Shown here one piece after another: positions 57,548-64,000 of a stretch of DNA of 64,000 nt. Positions within the stretch are counted from its first letter, which is position 1. The number at the start of each line of letters is the position of its first letter. The DNA lies in the NCBI GenBank assembly GCA_025558095.1, contig JAIVFI010000002.1:1251086-1315085 (forward strand). Direction: 5' to 3'. This DNA is from Hyaloraphidium curvatum SAG 235-1 (lineage: Eukaryota; Fungi; Monoblepharomycota). Position numbers and translations under genes: made by a program. The notes beneath the pieces are model-generated. The model did not search any database. It worked only from the letters and a program-made list of their open reading frames with translations, and was not told the DNA's origin.

Positions 57548-58687
57548 ATGGGGCTGTCTGTTTTCGCCGGCCCCGAGCGCTACGTGCAGGGCCGCGACGC
57601 CACCGAGGCGCTGGGGAAGGAGCTCGCCGGCGTGGGCTGCAGGGGCCCCGTGCTGGTCGTCGCGTCCAAAGCCGCCGTCGAGCAGCTTTCGGCGGCGTGG
57701 GAGCGTTCGTTCAAGAATGCCGGCTTCGAGTACAAGGTCGAGGCGTTCGGGGGGGAATGCTCCGCGGAGGAGATCGACCGGCTCGCCGCGCTCGCCAGGG
57801 GCATGGGAGCGCAGACCGTCTGCGGTGCCGGGGGCGGCAAATGCGTCGATGCGGCCCGCGGTGCCGCCGCCCTGCTCGAGCTCCCCTTCGCGTGCTGCCC
57901 CACGCTCGCCTCCACGGACGCCCCCTGCTCGGCCCTCTCCGTCCTATACAAACCGGACGGCACCTTCGACTCGTACCGTTTCCACGCGCGGCACCCGGCC
58001 CTGGTGCTGCTCGACACAACCGTCGTCGCCCGCGCCCCCGTCCGCGCGCTGGTCGGCGGCCTCGGGGACGCCCTCGCGACGTGGTACGAGGCGCGCACCG
58101 TCGCCGAGTCGGGCGCGGACAACCAGATCCGAGGCAAGCCCACCGCCGCCTCCATGGCGCTCGCCACCCTCTGCCGGGACATCTTGCTCCGCGACGGGCG
58201 CGCCGCCGTCCGCGCCGTTCAGCAGCAGGCCGTCGTCCCCGCTCTCGAGCGCGTGGCCGAGGCAAACACCCTCCTCTCAGGCCTGGGCTTCGAGTGCGGC
58301 GGTCTCGCGTGCGCGCACTCGGTACACAACGGGCTCACCGCGTGCCCCGGAGCGCACGGCCTCACCCACGGGGAAAAGGTCGCCTTCGGGCTCGTCACCC
58401 AGCTCGTGCTCGAGGGCCGGCCGACGGCGGAGCTCGAGGAGGTGCTCACCTTCTGCGAGGACGTTGGGCTGCCCACCACCTTTGCCGGCGTCGGCCTGGA
58501 CCCGCGGGACGCCGCCCTGGTTGCCGCGGTGGCGGAGCGCACGGTCGCGCCGGGGGAGACGGTGCACCATACCGGGTTCCCCGTCACCGCCGTCATGATA
58601 GCCGACGCGATGCGGGCGGCGGATGCCGCGGGGAGGGAGCATGCGGAGCGGAGGGGGGTGCAGCCGGCGACGCCGGGAAGGGGGTAA
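57548..58687 (+). CDS. gldA: Glycerol dehydrogenase (family III metal-dependent ADH), intronless
   Basis: FAGPERYVQG, FGGECS, GAGGGKCVDAAR, PTLASTDAPCSALSV, GDALATWYEA, EANTLLSGLGFECGGLACAHSVHNG, HGEKVAFG. Confidence 0.93.
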   Translation: MGLSVFAGPERYVQGRDATEALGKELAGVGCRGPVLVVASKAAVEQLSAAWERSFKNAGFEYKVEAFGGECSAEEIDRLAALARGMGAQTVCGAGGGKCVDAARGAAALLELPFACCPTLASTDAPCSALSVLYKPDGTFDSYRFHARHPALVLLDTTVVARAPVRALVGGLGDALATWYEARTVAESGADNQIRGKPTAASMALATLCRDILLRDGRAAVRAVQQQAVVPALERVAEANTLLSGLGFECGGLACAHSVHNGLTACPGAHGLTHGEKVAFGLVTQLVLEGRPTAELEEVLTFCEDVGLPTTFAGVGLDPRDAALVAAVAERTVAPGETVHHTGFPVTAVMIADAMRAADAAGREHAERRGVQPATPGRG

Positions 58688-58832
58688 GGCCTTCGCTAAG
58701 CGGGTACGGGTCGAGCGGGAGTGTGGAGTTTGGTACGGCGGACGCGAATGGACGGCCAAGTGAAATCGAGCCACGGCCACTCCGTCTAGCTCGCGCCCGC
58801 GCTCCGCAATCCCGATCCTCCCGCCGCCCACG

Positions 58833-60236
58833 TCAGGCCCCCACCGCGCCCCAGATCTTCCCCGCCTCCCCCTTGCCCAGCACCCCGCACGCGGTCGCCA
58901 GCGCCCATTCGTGCGCATACTGCCCCCTACCGCCCCACTCCGACTCGGGCGGCTCGGTCCAGTCGTCCGCGTCTCCGAGCACAGGCGAACCGCGGAAGTA
59001 GGGCACGTGCGCGCGCACCCCGCGCTTCAGGCGGAGCACTTCCCCGGGGGGGATGGAACGCAAGAGGGGGAGGATGTGGGCGAAGGAAGGAACGGGGTAG
59101 CCCGCCGCGAAGTTCGGCGGAGGCCCCGGCTGTGCCGCGTGGGGTGCAGTGGCCGAGGGGTCCACGCGGACGTGCACGGCAAAGTCCCGATAGTCCACCA
59201 GATCGCCCCAGGGGCGCACGTGCATCTCCGCGTCCGGCGAAGAGACAAAGACGGGGATGCAGCCCGCCAGCACGGCGTCCGAAAGCCGGCGCGAGCTCGG
59301 GGTATCGCCGATGGGCACGGGGCAGAAGGTCGCCGACGCTATTTCGCGCTGCGATTCCGCGTAGGACGTGTGGCGCTGCAGGTATCCCTCGTCTTCGAAG
59401 CCGGGGAGGGAGGCGTTGCAGCCTCCGCTCTCGCAGACGCAGTGCGCGAGCACCCTCTCCGGGGTGGGTGCGGAGGCCGCGGCGCGGCGAAGGGCCGCGA
59501 CGAGCCGTCGCCGGTGGGCCTTGCCCGGCGTCAGGTCCTGGCTCGGCGTGGGGCCGTGCCGGCAGGTTGTCAGCAGCGCCAGGTCGAGGGCGTCGGGGTC
59601 CTCGGCGGGGCGGCGGAAGGGGTTCTCGGGCGCAGAGTAGGGCACCAAGATGTGGCGGTCCGCGGCCGCCGCCCCGGCCTCGGGGAGCTGCGCGGGCTCG
59701 ACGGCCAGCACGAAGATGCGCGAGGTGTTTTGCTTCAGCGTGAGCGTGAAGTGCGGGTGGTCGAACGGCGCGAGCAGCGGCGGGCCGGGCGGTGCCAGCA
59801 GCGCGTCGACGAAGCGGTCCGCCGGCCGCCGCAGCGGGACGCCCCACTTCATGTGCAGATGGCACAGATTGAGGCGCTCCGCGTCGAGCAGCAGCACGTC
59901 CGGCGGGTCGGCGGAGAGGGCGCCCAGCCGGAGCGCCGCGCCCTTCAGCCGGCGCGCCAGGAAGTGGCCGTGGTACCGCAGAAGGAGCGCCGTCAGCGGC
60001 TGCCCTGGCCGGTCCGTGCAGTCCGGGTAAGGCCCCTCCGGAACCGGTTGAAGAGCCACGCGGCAGGGCGGCCCCGCGGTCAGCGCGGGGGCGAGGTCGG
60101 CGAGTCGGCGGACGCCATTCCGCGGGGCCGACACCGGCGCCGGTCTCCCGCGCCCGAGCAGCAGGGGCACCGCGACGCAGACCGCCGCCGCGAGCAGCGG
60201 CACCCACGCGGGCCGGCCCCGCCTTCCGGCCCACAT
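58833..60236 (-). CDS. Exostosin-family (GT47) glycosyltransferase, type II membrane
   Basis: N-terminal TM; SATFCPVPIGDTPSSRRLSDAVLAGCIPVFV; PWGDLVDY. Confidence 0.85.
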   Translation of the reverse strand: MWAGRRGRPAWVPLLAAAVCVAVPLLLGRGRPAPVSAPRNGVRRLADLAPALTAGPPCRVALQPVPEGPYPDCTDRPGQPLTALLLRYHGHFLARRLKGAALRLGALSADPPDVLLLDAERLNLCHLHMKWGVPLRRPADRFVDALLAPPGPPLLAPFDHPHFTLTLKQNTSRIFVLAVEPAQLPEAGAAAADRHILVPYSAPENPFRRPAEDPDALDLALLTTCRHGPTPSQDLTPGKAHRRRLVAALRRAAASAPTPERVLAHCVCESGGCNASLPGFEDEGYLQRHTSYAESQREIASATFCPVPIGDTPSSRRLSDAVLAGCIPVFVSSPDAEMHVRPWGDLVDYRDFAVHVRVDPSATAPHAAQPGPPPNFAAGYPVPSFAHILPLLRSIPPGEVLRLKRGVRAHVPYFRGSPVLGDADDWTEPPESEWGGRGQYAHEWALATACGVLGKGEAGKIWGAVGA

Positions 60237-60364
60237 GTCTGCATCCCCTATCCTTGCTGGGCGACACCAGCCGCAGCCGTCAGCCATGAACCCCTGCTGG
60301 CTTCCTTCCCCTCACGCTCCGCCCGCTGTTCCACGGCTTTAGAATCAAGCAGCTATCCTCGGCT

Positions 60365-60630
60365 AGGGGTTGCTCTGCCTGGATGATTCTCTGAAGGCAG
60401 TTCTCGCTTACTCCCGGTTGGTCCCGCTTGCTCTCCAGGTTGTTCTCGCTCGCTTGCTCTCGGGGTTGCTCTCTCAAGTAAGGTTGCTCTCGCTTGCTCT
60501 CGGGGTTGCTCTCACCGGATTGAGGTTGCTCTAATCGGTTAGAGGGTGCTCTCAAGGTTGTTCTCTCTTGCTCTTGGGGTTGCTCTCGCTTGCTCTCAGG
60601 GTTGCTCTCACCGGAAAGAGGTTGCTCTCA
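60365..60630. repeat. Degenerate subtelomeric tandem repeat with core (G/C)TTGCTCT
   Basis: Roughly 13-15 imperfect copies; higher-order unit GGTTGCTCTCGCTTGCTCTC. Confidence 0.8.
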
Positions 60631-61023
60631 TCGATTGGGTCGATACTCATCGTCGTTGGGCGTCGGTGTTGCCCGCAGATCTGCTTGGCGTCCGCTACCG
60701 GTCCGACGACTCCGAGGCTCGATGGTGTGATGGGAGGAGGGACTACCCTCATCCTGCTCCCCGCAGCAGGGGACGAGGACCAAAGCAACGTGGAGGACGC
60801 TGGCGACGGGCGGCCTCGACGAGGGATAGCGAGTGATTTTGCAAGAGACCGCTTCAACTTGAAGAACTTGACCGGCCGACGCCATACATAGCAGCATCCC
60901 GATCCATGTCCGGAACATGATCTCTCGCGAAAGGTCTGACGGCAGCAGCCCACCCATTGCGTGGCTCTTGATCCACCACTGCAGCTTGCCACCTCCAGCA
61001 CGTCACTACGCATCAGCCCGTGG

Positions 61024-61236
61024 TGTCAGGGACGCGTAAGCGCTGAGAGTTTCCAGCGGCTTCTCGCAAGTTCGATCCAGACTGCGCCTCAACTTGCGCG
61101 GCTAGGACTATATAAACCCATAGATCTCCACATGTATTCCCCGAACGTTCGGATAGAGTTACAAGCCCTCGTACTCCGTGCTCCCGTTCTCCGTGCCCTG
61201 CAGGCCAGGACTGGTCTCCCACGGCCTCTCCTGACA
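61024..61236 (+). mobile_element. 5' LTR of Ty3/gypsy element 1 (213 bp)
   Basis: TGTCAGG...CCTGACA terminal inverted repeat; TATATAAA at 61109-61116; followed by PBS and gag. Confidence 0.85.
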
Positions 61237-61276
61237 TTATCCGAACGTTCCCCCCCGAAACCCGACACCCCGAACC

Positions 61277-61740
61277 ATGAACGCCGAAATGCTCATGGCC
61301 CAGATGGCGGCCCAGATGGAGCAGCAACAGATCATGAACCAGCAGCTCCTGGCCGTCATCCAGCACCTCCAAGATCAGCCTCCGCTGCCACCACCGCCGC
61401 CGCCGGCCCGGGCGGCCCCGGTAGCCCGAGACGCACGGGTCAAGGTCGCGGCTCCCGACCGCTTCGACGGCAACCGTACCAAACTCCGCGGCTTCTTCGC
61501 CCAAGTCCAGCTCAACTTCGAGGCCAACCCGGCCGCTTTCGAGGAAGACCGCCGCAAGACCACCTTCGTCGGCAGCTACCTCGGAGGCACTGCCCTCGAG
61601 TGGTTCACGCAGCTGCTCGAGAACGCCGACGAGATCCTCGACGATTACGAGCTCTTCGTTGAGCGGCTCAAGCAGATGTTCGGCGACGCAGACGAAGCCC
61701 GCCGTTGCGTGCCGAGTCGGCCATCAAGAAGCTGGCCCAG
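61277..61740 (+). pseudogene. Truncated retrotransposon gag (element 1)
   Basis: PDRFDGNRTKLRGFFAQVQLNF...KTTFVGSYLGGTALEWF; 5-nt insertion at 61706-61710; ends abruptly at telomeric repeats. Confidence 0.88.
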
Positions 61741-61761
61741 AGGTTAGGTTAGTTAACCTAA
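61741..61761. repeat. Head-to-head interstitial telomeric junction
   Basis: AGGTTAGGTTAG-T-TAACCTAA. Confidence 0.85.
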
Positions 61762-62023
61762 GAGCAGCTCGGCGGGGATGTGCGGCTCGTGCTCGAACAC
61801 GTCCAGCCCTGCACCGGCAATCTTGCCCTCCTTCAGGTATCGGATGAGCGCGACCTCGTCGATGGCCACGCCCCGGGAGATGTTGACCACGAAGCCGTCC
61901 GGGCCAAGGGCGTCGAGCACCTCCGAGTTGACGATGTGTTTCGTGGAGGCGTCGGCACGGAGGCACACGCAGAGGACGTCGCACCACTCCGCGAGCGCGA
62001 CGGGCGTGGAGAAGTATTCTGTG
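61762..62023 (-). pseudogene. 262-bp duplicate of 54727-54988 (2-hydroxyacid dehydrogenase exon part plus 5 nt of intron)
   Basis: Identical by eye except for two CpG transitions. Confidence 0.95.
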
Positions 62024-62149
62024 TGTAACGCGCCGGCGTCGGGGCAAGGGGGACGGTTAGGTTAGGGAAGACTTGGCGCAGTGCTGTGTAGTGACTCCTC
62101 AACGTCGTCAACACAGGTCTTTACGGGTCCCCCGCGCCCCGTCCTGACA
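62024..62149 (+). mobile_element. 5' LTR of Ty3/gypsy element 2, containing GGTTAGGTTAGG
   Basis: TGTAACG...CCTGACA ends; subterminal inverted repeat 62040-62054/62127-62141; PBS immediately downstream. Confidence 0.75.
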
Positions 62150-62214
62150 GTTTGACGACGTTCCAACCCTGAATCCACGTTTCCCGTTCCCCGTGACCTC
62201 GCCCTCGGTGCAGC

Positions 62215-63408
62215 ATGGCTGGCGCCGACGCTCTCCGCGATCTCCACCCCGCGACCCCGGACCCCCAGACTCCCGTCGAAGTCCTTATCGAGCGCGAAAG
62301 GGTTTTCCTTGATACCCTCGAGCCGCAGGAGCGTGCTGCTTTCGTCAGCTTCTTGGATGCCCTCGGCGACGCTCAGCCCGAGTTCATCGCGCTCCCGATC
62401 CGTGCCCAAGTCGCCACCTACCGCGCTTCCCAAGCAACCCACGTCGCGCAGCACGCTCCTCTGGCTGCTCCGATTTCGGTGTCCGCCGCTGCGCTCACGG
62501 ACGCGTTTGTCGGCTCTGTTGCGCGCATGGGGTTCCTGCCCCGGCACGCCGCTGCTGCCCCAACCGCGAAACCGATCAACGTGCCTACCCCGGACAAGTT
62601 CGACGGGACCGATCACGCACGCACCCGTTACTTCATGATGCAGGTTGACAACGCGCTGGAGCTCAAGCCGGAGCTTGCCTCGGACGCCCAAAAGATCGCG
62701 TTCTTCAGTCTGCTTCTCAAGGGCGATGCGCTCTGCTGGTTTGCTGCCCAGCAGAGCAGCTCCGGGACGATCGCGCCCTCGTGGATCTCGCTTCGCGAGG
62801 AGTTTCTCGCTGCCTTTCAGATGCCACTTCGACACACTTCCGCTGTCAATGCGCTCCATGCACTCGTCCAGAAGCCCGGGCATCTGGCCGAATACGCAGT
62901 CGAATTTGAAAGCCTGAAGCCGGATGTCGAGGGCTACAGTGATGCCACGTTCATGGATATGTTCCTGGCTGGCCTCTCCGCAGAGATCGTGAACCAGATG
63001 GGCCAGCATTCGAAGCCCAGCACGTACCAGGAAGCGAAGAAGATCGCATTTGCTGCTCAAGTTCGCCTCTCCGAGCAGCAAGCTGCGCTGCGCAAAGGTC
63101 GGAGCCGCAACCGGCCCACCTCTGGGTATCCCTACCCCGGAGCGATGCAGTCGGTGCCCATCGGATCGCATGTCTCTCCGGCAGCTCCTTCCGCAAGTGC
63201 TTCCGGCCCCGTGCCGATGGTGCTGGGTTCCGCGTCTGTATCTGGCCAGCCGGGCGGGGCTTCAGGCTCGGCGTCCTCAGGGTCGCGCGCCAAGCTGACG
63301 CCGGAGGAGCGCAAGCGCCGCCTTCGCGAGGGGCTCTGCATTTACTGTGGTCAGCCCGGTCACGTCAAGGCCTTTTGCCCCGCCAAGTCTGCATCGTCGT
63401 CTTTTTGA
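62215..63408 (+). CDS. Ty3/gypsy gag with CCHC zinc knuckle (element 2)
   Basis: PDKFDG, KIAFFSLLLKGDALCWF, KLTPEERKRRLREGLCIYCGQPGHVKAFCP. Confidence 0.92.
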   Translation: MAGADALRDLHPATPDPQTPVEVLIERERVFLDTLEPQERAAFVSFLDALGDAQPEFIALPIRAQVATYRASQATHVAQHAPLAAPISVSAAALTDAFVGSVARMGFLPRHAAAAPTAKPINVPTPDKFDGTDHARTRYFMMQVDNALELKPELASDAQKIAFFSLLLKGDALCWFAAQQSSSGTIAPSWISLREEFLAAFQMPLRHTSAVNALHALVQKPGHLAEYAVEFESLKPDVEGYSDATFMDMFLAGLSAEIVNQMGQHSKPSTYQEAKKIAFAAQVRLSEQQAALRKGRSRNRPTSGYPYPGAMQSVPIGSHVSPAAPSASASGPVPMVLGSASVSGQPGGASGSASSGSRAKLTPEERKRRLREGLCIYCGQPGHVKAFCPAKSASSSF

Positions 63409-63816
63409 AACGCCAGCTCGGATTCCGGGGCACCTCCGACGCTGGCGATGCCAATACAAGTCTTCAGTTTTCCCGTGCCCCTTGCTTGGCGGCGTCTTCC
63501 GGGCGGCCGCCATTTCCTCTGCTCCGGTCCGACCCGGTTCCTTCCCTCGTCATTCCCGTGCGCATCGTGCTTCCGGACGGCCGGCTTCGGATCGTGGACG
63601 CACTCGTGGACTCCGGCGCCGACGCCTGCTTCGTGGACGAGGCTTTCGCGCGCTGCGTTGGATACTCGTGCTTGCAGCGCTCCACGCCTTTCGGGCTCGA
63701 CGTGGTGGACGGGCGGCCTATTTCGTCGGGCGACGTCACCCAGGAGACGGAGCCCGTCGCACTGACAGCCGATGGCATTACCGTCGGAGTCAGCTTCAAC
63801 ATCATCAGCGCGTCGA
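63402..63816 (+). pseudogene. Start of pol (aspartic protease) in the -1 frame, truncated by the telomere
   Basis: ALVDSGADACFVD, LDVVDGRPISSG; no RT, RNase H or integrase. Confidence 0.9.
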
Positions 63817-64000
63817 TTAGGTTAGGTTAGGCTAGGTTAGGTTAGGTTAGGTTAGGTTAGGTTAGGTTAGGTTAGGTTAGGTTAGGTTAGGTTAGGTTAG
63901 GTTAGGTTAGGTTAGGTTAGGTTAGGTTAGGTTAGGTTAGGTTAGGTTTAGGTTAGGTTAGGTTAGGTTAGGTTAGGTGAGGTTCGGTTGTTAGGTTAGG
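63817..64000 (+). repeat. Telomere, (TTAGG)n, about 36 units
   Basis: G-rich strand runs to the window end; a few variant units (CTAGG, TTTAGG, TGAGG, TTCGG). Confidence 0.95.

Noticed and set aside
60365-60630. Possible CRISPR-like array
   Set aside because: Units are short and degenerate with no unique constant-length spacers, and there are no cas genes.
61024-63816. Telomere-specific non-LTR retrotransposon (TRAS/SART-like, which target TTAGG)
   Set aside because: The elements have TG...CA LTRs, gag-CCHC and an aspartic protease, with no APE endonuclease or poly(A) tail.

Overview
This is the terminal 64 kb of a high-GC eukaryotic chromosome arm, ending in a (TTAGG)n telomere. Short GT-AG introns, Zn(II)2Cys6 transcription factors, Sse1/Gos1/Nde1/Prx1 and a CABLES cyclin-fold gene point to a fungus, probably an early-diverging (chytrid/monoblepharid-like) one; that lineage call is inference. 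There are about 40 densely packed genes, including several bacterial-looking metabolic genes and many frameshifted ones. Three things stand out. (1) Four secreted-protein genes share a 4-Cys cassette of about 38 aa, flanked by two dibasic (Kex2-type) sites and with identical intron positions. It is fused to unrelated C-terminal payloads: PAN/apple-like, a tandem 6-Cys repeat (two genes), and an NHL propeller. (2) The last 3 kb is a patchwork of two truncated self-priming (Tf1-like) Ty3/gypsy elements and a 262-bp copy of an internal gene, joined at short telomeric-repeat seams, one of them head-to-head. (3) The second element has a -1 gag/pol junction followed by a predicted H-type pseudoknot. 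All coordinates and splice models were read by eye and may be off by a few nt.
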